Assembly: GCA_047285305.1 (NCBI GenBank)
Contig: JBJBDL010000003.1
Span: forward strand, 1,312,001 to 1,376,000
Source: Synechococcus sp.
GTDB taxonomy: Bacteria > Cyanobacteriota > Cyanobacteriia > PCC-6307 > Cyanobiaceae
Direction: 5' to 3'
DNA length: 64,000 bases
Below the pieces are notes generated by a model. It did not search any database. It was not told the origin of the DNA and saw only the letters and a list, made by a program, of their open reading frames with translations. Position 1 is the stretch's first letter. Each line of letters opens with the position of its first letter. Below are positions 1 to 9,730 of this stretch, piece by piece. The translations under genes were made by a program, and so were the position numbers.

Positions 1-1034
1 ATCGCTCCGCTGATTCCCAGGGCATCAACTGCACCGATCCCCACCAGCACAAAGCCCATATGGCTAACGGAACTGCAGGCAATCCTGCGTTTGACGTTGT
101 CCTGGGCGAAGGCGTTGAGCGCGCCGTAAACGATGTTCACGATCCCAAGGATTACCAGGGCTGGCGCCAGGGTGGCGTGAGCTTCTGGAAGCATCTGCAC
201 GTTGAAGCGCAGCAGGGCGTAGCCGCCCATCTTCAGTAGCACCCCGGCTAGCAGCATCGACACCGGAGCGTTTGCCTCACCGTGGGCATCGGGCAGCCAG
301 GTATGGAGCGGGAACATCGGCAGTTTCACGCCGAAGCCAATAAGGAAACCCACGTAACACAACAGGCCGAAGCTGCCGCTGGGAGAACGAGCCGCCAGTT
401 CCGTGATGTTGAAGGTGAACGTGTCACCGGAGAGGGCCAGTGCCAGGCCGCTGATAAGAATCAGCAGAGAGGCGAGGGCCGTGTAGAGGATGAATTTGGT
501 CGCGGCGTACTGGCGGTTTTGTCCGCCCCAGATGGCAATCAGCAGGTAGACGGGAACAAGCTCCAGCTCCCAGGCCAGGAAGAAGAGCAGGAAGTCCTGC
601 GAAAGAAACACCAGGCCCTGGGCCGAGGCCTGAACAAGCATCAGGGCGAAGTACAGCCGTGATTTCCGCTGAACCGACCAGCTGGCCGCCACAGACAGAA
701 ACGTGACCAGGCCGCTGAGCACCACGAGAGGTGCTGAAAGACCATCTACACCAAGGGACCATTCGAGGCCGAGTGCTGGGAGCCAGCTCACCCGCTCCAC
801 CAGCTGCAGCCCTTCAGTGCTGGGGTCGAAGCGGGTGGTAAACACCCCCATCATCAAAAGAAGATCGACCAGAAGGACGACCAGGGTGATGATCTTGGGT
901 GCGGGGGATGGCTTCTGTTCGCTGCTAGGAACCAGTGGCAGCACTAGAGATGCTGCCGCCGGCAACAGCACAATCAGCGATAACCAAGGGAAGGAACTGC
1001 CCGAGACAGCAAGCTCTGCTAACCCAGCGTCCAT
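1..1034 (-). CDS. ndhD: NAD(P)H-quinone oxidoreductase subunit 4 (NdhD family), 5' part; runs off the window
   Basis: Manual translation from ATG at 1034: [25 protein letters not shown]...[24 protein letters not shown]...[13 protein letters not shown]...LLKMGGYA...AYS-like CSSVSHMG motifs of NuoM/NdhD. Confidence 0.92.
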   Translation of the reverse strand, partial: MDAGLAELAVSGSSFPWLSLIVLLPAAASLVLPLVPSSEQKPSPAPKIITLVVLLVDLLLMMGVFTTRFDPSTEGLQLVERVSWLPALGLEWSLGVDGLSAPLVVLSGLVTFLSVAASWSVQRKSRLYFALMLVQASAQGLVFLSQDFLLFFLAWELELVPVYLLIAIWGGQNRQYAATKFILYTALASLLILISGLALALSGDTFTFNITELAARSPSGSFGLLCYVGFLIGFGVKLPMFPLHTWLPDAHGEANAPVSMLLAGVLLKMGGYALLRFNVQMLPEAHATLAPALVILGIVNIVYGALNAFAQDNVKRRIACSSVSHMGFVLVGIGAVDALGISGA

Positions 1035-1091
1035 TCCGTGTCCGCAATCTTTAACAAAGCTAACAGGGCTGAATGCTCTATTTAGGTGGAT

Positions 1092-2039
1092 CTACTCATC
1101 GTCGGCCGGTTGCCAGTGGCTGCCTGAGGTTTGCAAATTCAGCACCGGCGCTCGGCTGGCGACCCCTGCAGCTTCCCAGGCTTTGACCATGGCTCGACTG
1201 ACGGCTGGGCCTTTGTCTTCCTCGCACAGAGCCAGAATGCTTGGTCCGGCTCCGCTGATGGCGCAGCCCCAGGCTCCCGCGTCTATGGCGGCCTGTTTGA
1301 CCTGGTCGCCGCCTTTGATCAGGCGCCAGCGGTAAGGCTCGTGCAAACGATCATGCATGCCGTCGGAGATCAGATCACCATTGCCGGTGCGCAGCCCTTG
1401 AAGCAGCAGCGTTAGGGCACCCAGGTTGACCACAGCGTCGCCAACGGGGATGGCCTTGGGCATGGCCCGGCGGGCTTCGCTGGTGCTCAGGCGAATCGAT
1501 GGAATCGCCACGACGGCCTTAACGCTCGGCGTCCATTCACAACGCACCACGCGCCAGCGCTGAGAGGCGGCCTTGGCGGTCATGCAGAGGCCCCCCAAAA
1601 GGGAGGGCACAACGTTGTCGGGGTGACCTTCGATATCGATGGCCAGCTCCAGCAGCTTCTCCTTGGAGAGAGGCTCACCGACGAGGGCATTGGCTCCCAT
1701 CAATCCCGCCACGATCGCCGTGGCACTGCTGCCCAGCCCCCGTGCCGGCGGAACGGCAAGACGCACCCGTGCCTCAAGGGCGACGGGTTCCAGCCCAGCT
1801 GCTTTCCACACCCGTTGGGCCGCTCGGTAAACGAGGTTCTCAGGCCCACCCCGGAGGTGATTGCCTTCCGTTCCCTCAATAATCAGCTCAAATCGTTCAC
1901 CGCCCCCTTCGATCCGCCGCATCGCGAAGCGGTTGTTCAGATCAAGGGCTGCACCGAGGCAGTCAAATCCGGGGCCGAGATTGGCGGTGGTTGCCGGGAC
2001 GTCCACGACCACTTTCTGACCGATGCGCGGCTGCGCCAT
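1092..2039 (-). CDS. thrB: homoserine kinase
   Basis: VPATTANLGPGFD, PPARGLGSSA and EGHPDNV GHMP-kinase motifs. Confidence 0.96.
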   Translation of the reverse strand: MAQPRIGQKVVVDVPATTANLGPGFDCLGAALDLNNRFAMRRIEGGGERFELIIEGTEGNHLRGGPENLVYRAAQRVWKAAGLEPVALEARVRLAVPPARGLGSSATAIVAGLMGANALVGEPLSKEKLLELAIDIEGHPDNVVPSLLGGLCMTAKAASQRWRVVRCEWTPSVKAVVAIPSIRLSTSEARRAMPKAIPVGDAVVNLGALTLLLQGLRTGNGDLISDGMHDRLHEPYRWRLIKGGDQVKQAAIDAGAWGCAISGAGPSILALCEEDKGPAVSRAMVKAWEAAGVASRAPVLNLQTSGSHWQPADDE

Positions 2040-2053
2040 CGCTGATCCTCTGC

Positions 2054-3088
2054 TCAAGCCAGTGTCCCACCTGACTCCGCCAGCATCCGGGCGCGACAGG
2101 CTGCACTGAACAGTCCGGCATCGGGATCGATCACCACTGTGACCTGCATCCCTTCGATCAGTTCGCGGAAGCGTCCCTTATCGCGCATCGCATTGAGAAA
2201 GCTGGCGGATTGCAGGCCCTTCAATTGCTTTGATGCGGTGCCCCCGCCAACCCATAGGCCTCCTGTGCAGAGTTCTTGAAGAGCAAGATCGCCTGCCGCT
2301 GAGCCATAGGCCTCCAGCCAAAGCTGTAAGGCGCGTTGCATCAAAGGATCACCCCCTTCAGCGGCAAGGCTCACCTGAGCGGGAAGATCGTTGGAACTGT
2401 TGCGCCGCCAAGCCTCAGCCACGCTGCGCAGGGGGTGCATGGCGGCATCGGGTTTCTGAAGCAGCCAGTGGGCCACATGCCCCAGGCCGGTGCCACTCAC
2501 GATTCGTTCGATCGACAGGCGGCTGACGCCGAGGTCTTGTTTGAGCCAGGAGGCCAGCTCCCATTCCGCTTCATTGCGCGGCGCAAATTCGCGGTGCCCT
2601 CCTTCGCTCGCCAGGGCCACCAGTCCCTGTTCGCTCTGCAGGCCTCGCGCCATGCCGAGACCAGTGCCGGCCCCAAGAATGGCCAGGGGGCCCTTGTCTT
2701 GGTGGCCCTTCTGAAGGATTACCTGCTGATGGCTGTCGAAATGGGGCAGCCCGTAAATCAGCACGCCGAAATCATTCACCAGCTCGAGCTGTTCCATGCC
2801 GGCAGCCCGCGCCAGGTCGGCCTCTCGCAATCGCCAGGGCAGGTTGGTGATCCTGGCCTCCCTGTGTCGCACCGGACCGGCAACGGCGATGCAGGCATGC
2901 GCTGGAGCCGGGAGATCAGCGGGGCGATTGTTGAGGAAAGCCTCGAGCATCGGCTCAAGGGATGGCCATTCTCCCGAGCGGAAGCGTTCCTGATGCAGGA
3001 GGCGCAGCTGGCCCGCCTCACTCCCGTAAAGAGCAAGCAGAGTCTTGGTGCCTCCCATGTCCCCCGCCAGGAGTGTGGTGGTGGCCAT
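2054..3088 (-). CDS. glk: glucokinase
   Basis: LAGDMGGTKT, LVNDF, GAGTGLG, SEGGH motifs. Confidence 0.93.
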   Translation of the reverse strand: MATTTLLAGDMGGTKTLLALYGSEAGQLRLLHQERFRSGEWPSLEPMLEAFLNNRPADLPAPAHACIAVAGPVRHREARITNLPWRLREADLARAAGMEQLELVNDFGVLIYGLPHFDSHQQVILQKGHQDKGPLAILGAGTGLGMARGLQSEQGLVALASEGGHREFAPRNEAEWELASWLKQDLGVSRLSIERIVSGTGLGHVAHWLLQKPDAAMHPLRSVAEAWRRNSSNDLPAQVSLAAEGGDPLMQRALQLWLEAYGSAAGDLALQELCTGGLWVGGGTASKQLKGLQSASFLNAMRDKGRFRELIEGMQVTVVIDPDAGLFSAACRARMLAESGGTLA

Positions 3089-3123
3089 CCAGGGCTGCGG
3101 CAAGTCCTACCAGCGTGGTTGGC

Positions 3124-3519
3124 TCAGGAGAAGAAGTCCAGTGGCAGCGGTCCCCAGGTGGTGCTTGGCGTGGTGTCGTCGTCACCGTGGCCACTGATCA
3201 GAATTCCTTCGCCAAGGCCATGCTCGATCCGAATGCGGATCGTGCCCCCCTTCTGATTGGCTTTCAGGAAAACAGGGCCCTGCTCCTCTGGGCTGTCGAC
3301 GATCTCCAGCGGCTCCCACTTTTGGCTTTGCTCGAGGCTGCGCAGCGCTGTGATGGCCTGTTCCCGGGACGGGGCCATGACGCCGATGGTGAACCAGCTG
3401 GCCTTGGCCATCGCCTGATCGAGTTCTCCTCGCAGTTCGTTTCTGATCGTGGGAAGCAACTCCGGCGCTCCCCGCAGACGCGCGAGATCGGCCAGGTGCT
3501 GCACAGGGGAATCCGTCAT
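3124..3519 (-). CDS. conserved cyanobacterial protein (DUF1824-like)
   Basis: WFTIGVMAPS...GPVFLKANQ...GILIS...TWGPLPLDFF; coupled to thrS. Confidence 0.75.
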   Translation of the reverse strand: MTDSPVQHLADLARLRGAPELLPTIRNELRGELDQAMAKASWFTIGVMAPSREQAITALRSLEQSQKWEPLEIVDSPEEQGPVFLKANQKGGTIRIRIEHGLGEGILISGHGDDDTTPSTTWGPLPLDFFS

Positions 3520-5351
3520 TGGTTCAGCTCCAGGCCCGCTGCGCGCTCGCTGTTGGCCATCTGGGCAGCATTGAGAAGGTCGGCCGCCGCTGTGACCCCG
3601 AGGTCACCGTCCCGTCGGCTGCGAAGGCTTACGGCGTTCTGCGCCGCTTCCTTGGCACCGATGACCGCAAGCACAGGGATCTTCATCTGTTCTCCGGTGC
3701 GGATCAACTTGCCGAGCCGGTCACCGCTGCGGTCGATGGTGGCGCGAACCCCAGCTTTGGTGAGTTGGTCCAACATTTGTTCGGCGTATGGCTGCACCTC
3801 GTCGGTGACAGGCAGCAGACGCACCTGCTCGGGGGCCAGCCAGAAGGGGTAATCGCCAGCGTAGTTCTCGGTCATGATCCCGAAGAACCGCTCCAGCGAA
3901 CCGAAGATGGCGCGGTGGATCATGATCGGCCGCTGCTTGCTGCCGTCGGCGGCGATGTAGTCGAGCTCGAACCGTTCCGGCAGGTTGAAATCCAACTGGA
4001 TGGTTGAGCACTGCCACATCCGGCCGATGGCGTCTTCGATCTTGAGGTCGATTTTCGGGCCGTAGAACGCACCGCCGCCCTCATCGATTTTGTAGGCCCA
4101 ACCCTTGCGCTCCAGGGCTTCAATCAGTCCATTGGTGGCCAGGCTCCAGACGGCGTCGTCGCCGATGGACTTCTCGGGGCGGGTGGAGAGGTTGATCTCG
4201 TAATTGCTGAAATCGAAGGCAGAGAGGATCCGTTCGGTGAGATCGAGGATCTTCAGGATCTCGTCGCTGATCTGCTCCGGCAGGCAGAACACGTGGGCAT
4301 CGTCCTGGGTGAAGCCTCGTACCCGCATCAAACCGTGCATCACGCCGGGCCGCTCGTAGCGATACACCGTTCCAAGCTCCGCCCAGCGGATGGGCAGTTC
4401 CCGGTAGCTGCGCAGTTTGCTGGCGTAGGTGAGCACGTGGAACGGGCAGTTCATCGGCTTGAGCTGGTACTCCCGTTCGTCCACCTCCATCGGGCCGAAC
4501 ATGCTCTCGGCGTAGAAGTCGAGGTGGCCTGAGGTCTTCCATAGGCTGATGTCCGCCACGTGGGGGGTGTAAAGGAGTTCATATCCGCCCTCAAAGTGGG
4601 CCTGGCGCCAAAACTCCTCGATCAACAGGCGCATGCGGGCACCGCGGGGGTGCCAGAACACCAGACCAGCCCCGGCCTCATCCTCGATGGAGAACAGGTC
4701 GAGATCTTTCCCGATGCGGCGATGGTCGCGGCGGAGAGCTTCTTCCTTGCGACGTTTGTGCTCCGCCAGCTGTTCCGGGGTTTCCCAGGCCGTGCCGTAG
4801 ATGCGTTGCAGCTGCGCTTTGGTTTCATCGCCTCGCCAGTAAGCGCCTGCCACGCTTTCCAGCTCGAAGGCCTTGGCATTGAGTTGGCCGGTGTGATCCA
4901 CGTGGGGGCCAGCACAGAGGTCCCACCAGGCCTCCCCAAGGGTGTAGAGGGTGATCGGCTCCTGCAGTCCTTCAAGAATCTCGAGCTTGTATGGCTCGTT
5001 CTGGGCTTTGATTTTTTCCTCGGCTTCGTCGCGGCTCACCTCGACACGTTCGAGAGGCAGCTTCTTGTTGATGATCTTGATCATCCCTTTCTTGATGGCC
5101 TTCAGGTCGGCCTCGGTGAAGGGATCGGGATTGTCGAAGTCGTAATAGAAACCTGTTTCTGTCCAAGGGCCGATGGTGACGCGTGCCTTGGGAAACAACT
5201 GCTGCACAGCCATGGCCATCACATGGCTCATGGAGTGCCGAATCTTCAGCAGTTGATCGCTTTCGCTGGTCTTGGGCAGAACCACCGGTGCTGAAGGGGC
5301 TGGGGTGGTTGCTGCAGCGCTGCTCACCGGTTCAGGTTCAGGGCCCGTCAT
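3516..5351 (-). CDS. thrS: threonine--tRNA ligase
   Basis: RHSMSH, DLCAGPH, RDHRRIG, LKPMNCP, RVRGFTQDDAH, HRAIFGS motifs. Confidence 0.98.
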   Translation of the reverse strand: MTGPEPEPVSSAAATTPAPSAPVVLPKTSESDQLLKIRHSMSHVMAMAVQQLFPKARVTIGPWTETGFYYDFDNPDPFTEADLKAIKKGMIKIINKKLPLERVEVSRDEAEEKIKAQNEPYKLEILEGLQEPITLYTLGEAWWDLCAGPHVDHTGQLNAKAFELESVAGAYWRGDETKAQLQRIYGTAWETPEQLAEHKRRKEEALRRDHRRIGKDLDLFSIEDEAGAGLVFWHPRGARMRLLIEEFWRQAHFEGGYELLYTPHVADISLWKTSGHLDFYAESMFGPMEVDEREYQLKPMNCPFHVLTYASKLRSYRELPIRWAELGTVYRYERPGVMHGLMRVRGFTQDDAHVFCLPEQISDEILKILDLTERILSAFDFSNYEINLSTRPEKSIGDDAVWSLATNGLIEALERKGWAYKIDEGGGAFYGPKIDLKIEDAIGRMWQCSTIQLDFNLPERFELDYIAADGSKQRPIMIHRAIFGSLERFFGIMTENYAGDYPFWLAPEQVRLLPVTDEVQPYAEQMLDQLTKAGVRATIDRSGDRLGKLIRTGEQMKIPVLAVIGAKEAAQNAVSLRSRRDGDLGVTAAADLLNAAQMANSERAAGLELNQ

Positions 5352-5354
5352 CCT

Positions 5355-5711
5355 ATGGGCGAGACCCGAGGGCTACAGGTGGGTGAGTCAACCAATCAGG
5401 AAGCTGGCGCACTGTTGGATGAGTTGCTGGCATCCCTGCTCGATGACTTCGAGCATTGGTTTCAGCGCGGTGAGGAGCTTCTGCAGGCCTGTCCGGACGA
5501 GGTGATGCCGTTGCAGGAGCGCCGACGAATGGAGGAGCGGCTGCAGGACGGCAAGAAGGCCATTGCTGCAACACGTTCACTTGTGACTGCATCAACGCAG
5601 CCCATGGCGGTCTCGATGGAGGTGATGAACCCTTGGCATGGCTTAGTCACGGAGGTGTGGGCCCTGGCCGCGAGGTTGGGGTCGAACCGTTCGCATCAGG
5701 CTCCTAGCTGA
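5355..5711 (+). CDS. conserved cyanobacterial protein (DUF2605-like)
   Basis: LLDDFEHWF...MNPWHGLVTEVW pattern. Confidence 0.7.
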   Translation: MGETRGLQVGESTNQEAGALLDELLASLLDDFEHWFQRGEELLQACPDEVMPLQERRRMEERLQDGKKAIAATRSLVTASTQPMAVSMEVMNPWHGLVTEVWALAARLGSNRSHQAPS

Positions 5712-6391
5712 TTGCGCAGCTGGCGCAGGTTGCTGCTGTAAAAGCTCGCCAGTTCCTGAGGGCTCTTCACCGGTTGACCGTAGGCGGAGCGGCCGGTCCA
5801 GGTGGGGAAGGATGCCCATTCGGGAGCTAGCTTCGCCATGGCGTTCCTGGTCAGACCTTTCCGGTCAATTTCCTTGAGAGCACCGCGACGATCAACAAGG
5901 TGCAGAGCGGCTTGGTCCTGGTGCCTTGGCTCGAAGCTGGACAGCTTGAGCTCCTTTGCCACGCCTTTCCAGGTCTTGGGCAGGAATTGATAGGCTCCCG
6001 CTGCGGCGCTGGCGTAGCCCTTCACGATCACCCGCTCGGGATGACGTGAGAGGTCCTGAAACTGCCCGCCGCCGTAAATGATCTGGTAGCCCTTGTCTTC
6101 GCCGTCTTTCCAGGTCCCCTCGGCGTAGCGAATGGTGTTGAGCAGGGCGCGTCGCTCAGGTGTCAGCTCGTAACGACCACCCTCCTTGCCGGAGGACAGG
6201 GTGGCGCGGGTGCTGGGGGCGCTTTGCTCGGCCTGTTCTGCAGGCGCCTCTGCTTTCTTGGGCGGCTGTGTAGCTCCTGCAGACAGCACCAATCCTGCGG
6301 TCAGGGCTGCACCGACCACAGGCCGGCTCCAACGCGTGACTGGGCTGAACACAGAAAAACGGCGATGCACGCAGAACAATCGGGTGGACAA
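5696..6391 (-). CDS. secreted lambda-type lysozyme / glycoside hydrolase family 104 (start uncertain)
   Basis: ALLNTIRYAEGT, AAGAYQFL..TW, QDQAA, LAPEWASFP...YGQP; N-terminal signal-like segment. Confidence 0.88.
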   Translation of the reverse strand: MSTRLFCVHRRFSVFSPVTRWSRPVVGAALTAGLVLSAGATQPPKKAEAPAEQAEQSAPSTRATLSSGKEGGRYELTPERRALLNTIRYAEGTWKDGEDKGYQIIYGGGQFQDLSRHPERVIVKGYASAAAGAYQFLPKTWKGVAKELKLSSFEPRHQDQAALHLVDRRGALKEIDRKGLTRNAMAKLAPEWASFPTWTGRSAYGQPVKSPQELASFYSSNLRQLRNQLGA

Positions 6392-6604
6392 TCAGGGTGC
6401 TGGCCTACGAGGCCTGGACGCGAGTTCTGTGCCTGAGGGGTTGACGCGCCGTCTGTGCTGTGTCTAGGCAGCTGAGAGAAGGCTGAGAGTCTTGCGAGAC
6501 TCTTGTCTGTAGCTGAAGTTGTCTCCCTCAAGCCTCAGGGGCAATGGCTTAGGCCTATGGCCGTCGCATTGATCAGAGCAGCTAATGCTTCTCTTTGTTG
6601 CTGA

Positions 6605-7618
6605 TCAGGCTGGCCGGGCGAAGCCCAAGGCATCCCTAACCCGTTCAAGCGTGGCGTTGGCCACGGTTTCGGCCTTTTCGCGGCCTGTTCTCAGCACCTG
6701 ATCGAGCTCTGTGGGGTCCTGCATCAGCTCCCGGTAGCGGGCCTGGATGGGCTCCAGCGCGCTCACGGTGGCTTCGGCCAGCAGCGGCTTGAACTGTCCC
6801 CAACCCATCTCGGCGCATTCGGTGGCAGCCTGCTCCCGCCCATTGCCGCTCAGGATTGCATAGAGCCCAAGCAGGTTGTCGGTTTCTGGTCGATCGGGGT
6901 TGCCGAATTCGAGGCCACGCTCTGGATCGGTCTTGGCGCGTTTGATCTTTTTGGTGATCAACTCTGGAGGGTCCAGAAGCGTGATGCGACTCCCCTCGTT
7001 GGGATCGCTCTTGCTCATCTTGCTGCGACCATCCGTCAGGCTCATCACCCGTGCCCCTTCTTTGAGGATCATCGGTTTGGGCACTTTGAGTACCGGCGTG
7101 TCCTTGCCGCCGAAGCGGGCATTGATGCGCTGCTGGGCGATGTCACGCGCCAGCTCCAGGTGCTGCTTCTGATCCTCACCGACGGGCACCAGGTCAGCGT
7201 CGTAGAGAAGGATGTCGGCGGCCATCAACACCGGATAGTCCAGCAGCCCCACGGAGACGTTGTCCCCCTGCTTCACCGCTTTCTCCTTGAACTGGATCAT
7301 GCGCTCCAGCCAGTTGAGCGGCGTGACGCAATTTAGTAACCAGCACAGTTCGCTGTGGGCTGCCACCTGGCTCTGCACAAACACCGAACAGCGCTTGGGG
7401 TCCATGCCACAGGCCAGGTAGAGCGCTGCTGTGGAACGGGTGTCCTCGGCTAGGCGGCTGGGGTCATGGGGAACGGTTATGGCGTGGAGATCCACAACGC
7501 ATACAAAGGTGTCATGGGTCTCCTGCAGATCAACCCAATTGCGGATGGCACCCAGCCAATTGCCGAGGTGCAGTGCTCCGGTCGGTTGCACCCCGGAAAG
7601 AACCCTTGGCCGGCTCAT
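6605..7618 (-). CDS. trpS: tryptophan--tRNA ligase
   Basis: SGVQPTGALHLGN, VPVGEDQKQH, KMSKS. Confidence 0.98.
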   Translation of the reverse strand: MSRPRVLSGVQPTGALHLGNWLGAIRNWVDLQETHDTFVCVVDLHAITVPHDPSRLAEDTRSTAALYLACGMDPKRCSVFVQSQVAAHSELCWLLNCVTPLNWLERMIQFKEKAVKQGDNVSVGLLDYPVLMAADILLYDADLVPVGEDQKQHLELARDIAQQRINARFGGKDTPVLKVPKPMILKEGARVMSLTDGRSKMSKSDPNEGSRITLLDPPELITKKIKRAKTDPERGLEFGNPDRPETDNLLGLYAILSGNGREQAATECAEMGWGQFKPLLAEATVSALEPIQARYRELMQDPTELDQVLRTGREKAETVANATLERVRDALGFARPA

Positions 7619-7621
7619 CAA

Positions 7622-8122
7622 TCAGGCCTCTTTTGCTTCGGTGTTGGTGTCGTCGCTGGCGGTTGCTTCTGACTCCACCACCGGCTCCACCACTGGTTCG
7701 GCCTCCGGCTCGGCAACCGGTTCAGCCGCCGCTTCCGGCTGGGGTTTGGCCGGTCGGGCAAAGGGATTCGGACGGGACCCACGGCCACCACGCTCATCGT
7801 CAGAGCGGCGGCCACGACCACCACCCTCACGCCGGCCACCTCGGGCGGGCTGATTCCGCTGCTGTTCGATCAGTGCGTCGAGTTGGCCGTCCTCCAGCAT
7901 TTGGCCAAGGCTGCGGACTGCGAAACCCAGCACAGCCACGGTCGAGCGGAGATTGAAGGCCTCCTGTAGGGCCCGTGCTGAGCGCATTTCGTTGTCACTC
8001 AGGCGAATCCGGAAGCCTCCGCCTTCACGGCCGCCACCACGGTTGCCACGACTGCGCTGACCATCTCGGCCGCCGTCTCCTTGTCCCGCCTGTTGTTGGG
8101 GATCGCTGTAGGAATCACTCAT
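7622..8122 (-). CDS. conserved hypothetical protein with RGG-rich disordered ends
   Basis: Central GGFRIRLSDNEMRSARALQEAFNLRSTVAVLGFA block; operonic with trpS. Confidence 0.8.
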   Translation of the reverse strand: MSDSYSDPQQQAGQGDGGRDGQRSRGNRGGGREGGGFRIRLSDNEMRSARALQEAFNLRSTVAVLGFAVRSLGQMLEDGQLDALIEQQRNQPARGGRREGGGRGRRSDDERGGRGSRPNPFARPAKPQPEAAAEPVAEPEAEPVVEPVVESEATASDDTNTEAKEA

Positions 8123-8138
8123 GGCCCATGGCCTGGAA

Positions 8139-8666
8139 TCAGGCGCAAGTGTGACGCATCACCGGGGTGTTTTCGGTGATCCAGAGCAGCTGGTGGTATT
8201 CAACGCTGTTCTTTCGAGCCAGCACGAGCATCGGAACCACCGTGATCCCCCGTTCAATCCGCTCGCGATAGCTGCTCACCAGTTGTCGGTACCGCTCGGC
8301 TGTCCAACCGTGGATGGCTGTGTCACGACTGTTCCAGTAGTGCCGTAGCGCTCTTTGGCAGTCCTCGATGCCGAACTCCCGCCAGCAGTTCTGTTGGGCC
8401 AACAGTGGATCCATTCCCTGCTGCAGCAAGCGCCGGTAATGCATCAATTCCGGGGCTTCATCGCGCCCATCCGGAGGGAGCCAACGATGCAGCTCGGTCA
8501 GGGGAGTTCGAGACAGCCGTAGCCAGCAGCGTTCCCGTATCAACACTGGCAGTTGCCACGACCAACCCTCGGAACGACGGACTTCATCGAGCACCTCAAT
8601 CAATCCCCGCTGCTGACGCTCGGTCAGCCCAGCGAGCTCATGGGGTGTGGTGTCTACCTCAGCCAT
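8139..8666 (-). CDS. conserved hypothetical protein
   Basis: 175-aa ORF overlapping the CDF stop, co-oriented. Confidence 0.7.
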   Translation of the reverse strand: MAEVDTTPHELAGLTERQQRGLIEVLDEVRRSEGWSWQLPVLIRERCWLRLSRTPLTELHRWLPPDGRDEAPELMHYRRLLQQGMDPLLAQQNCWREFGIEDCQRALRHYWNSRDTAIHGWTAERYRQLVSSYRERIERGITVVPMLVLARKNSVEYHQLLWITENTPVMRHTCA

Positions 8667-9561
8667 GGGCGCCGGTGTAGGTGATCTCGTCCTCCACGTA
8701 GTCCTTGGGTTCCAGATGGATGGTGCACCGCACCGGCCCGAAACTTTCGTCTAAGCGCTCTTCCACCTGTTCGGTGATCCGGTGCGCCTTGGTGAGGTCG
8801 TCTGCATCGACAACCATATGCATTTCAATGAACACCTGCTGACCCAGAACGCCCCGGCTGGCGATGTCGTGGCAGTTCAAGACGCCGGCGGTGGCCATCG
8901 CTTCGGCATAGATGGCTTCAGGCGCAACCGCCATGTGGTCCACCAGCCAGGGCAAGGTTCCGCGCAGCACCTGCCAGCACACACGGATCAGTAGAAGTGC
9001 CATGGGGATGGCCAGCGCGACGTCGAGCCAGCTCACCTGCAGCCACACCGCCCCCGCCATGCCCACAAGCACCACCACGGTGGTCCAAACATCGCTCGCC
9101 GCATGTTGAGCATCCGCTTTGAGGAGGTTGCTGTTCATTCGCCGACCTTCCCGCAGCTCATATCCCGCCAGCAGGAGGTTGAACCCCAGCACCAGTGTGA
9201 GCAGCACAAGCTCCTGGCTGGTCACCCGGATGGGTGGCAGGCCCTCGAGGAGCCTCTCCCCCGAACGCAGCAGAATCTCAAGGGCTGTGAACAGGATGAA
9301 ACCAGCGATGCCCAGGGCTCCTACCGCCTCGTATTTGCGGTGGCCGTAGGGGTGATCCCTGTCGGGGCGTGGATCAGACAGTTTGTTGGTGACCAGTCCC
9401 GTGAGGCTGGACAACGCATCCGTGGCGCTGTGCATGCCATCGGCGATCACCGCCAGGGAACCACTCATTGCCCCCACCAGAAGCTTCAGCAGCGACATGC
9501 TGATATTCAGGCCCAGGGCCACCATGAGAACCCTGCGCACCCCCCGGCGGTTATCGACCAT
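8659..9561 (-). CDS. cation diffusion facilitator (CDF) transporter
   Basis: SLAVIADGMHSATD, DRDHPYGHRKYE, ADAQHAASD, HLEP. Confidence 0.93.
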   Translation of the reverse strand: MVDNRRGVRRVLMVALGLNISMSLLKLLVGAMSGSLAVIADGMHSATDALSSLTGLVTNKLSDPRPDRDHPYGHRKYEAVGALGIAGFILFTALEILLRSGERLLEGLPPIRVTSQELVLLTLVLGFNLLLAGYELREGRRMNSNLLKADAQHAASDVWTTVVVLVGMAGAVWLQVSWLDVALAIPMALLLIRVCWQVLRGTLPWLVDHMAVAPEAIYAEAMATAGVLNCHDIASRGVLGQQVFIEMHMVVDADDLTKAHRITEQVEERLDESFGPVRCTIHLEPKDYVEDEITYTGAHG

Positions 9562-9730
9562 CGCATTGGGATGACTGTGTGTCACGGCTTACTCCGGCCT
9601 GTTCCCAACTTATGGAGAACTCGTGTTTCTGGCCTGAAGTTCTGGTGTCAGGTGGTGGGTTGAGCTAAGAAGGGCCACTGCTACAGCAGCCGATCTGTTG
9701 AAACTCCCGGCTTCATGGCCAGAACTGGTG

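Noticed and set aside
1050..1068. HLR1 (RpaB)-like repeat upstream of ndhD
   Set aside because: TAACA copies are 9 nt apart and the second half-site is poor
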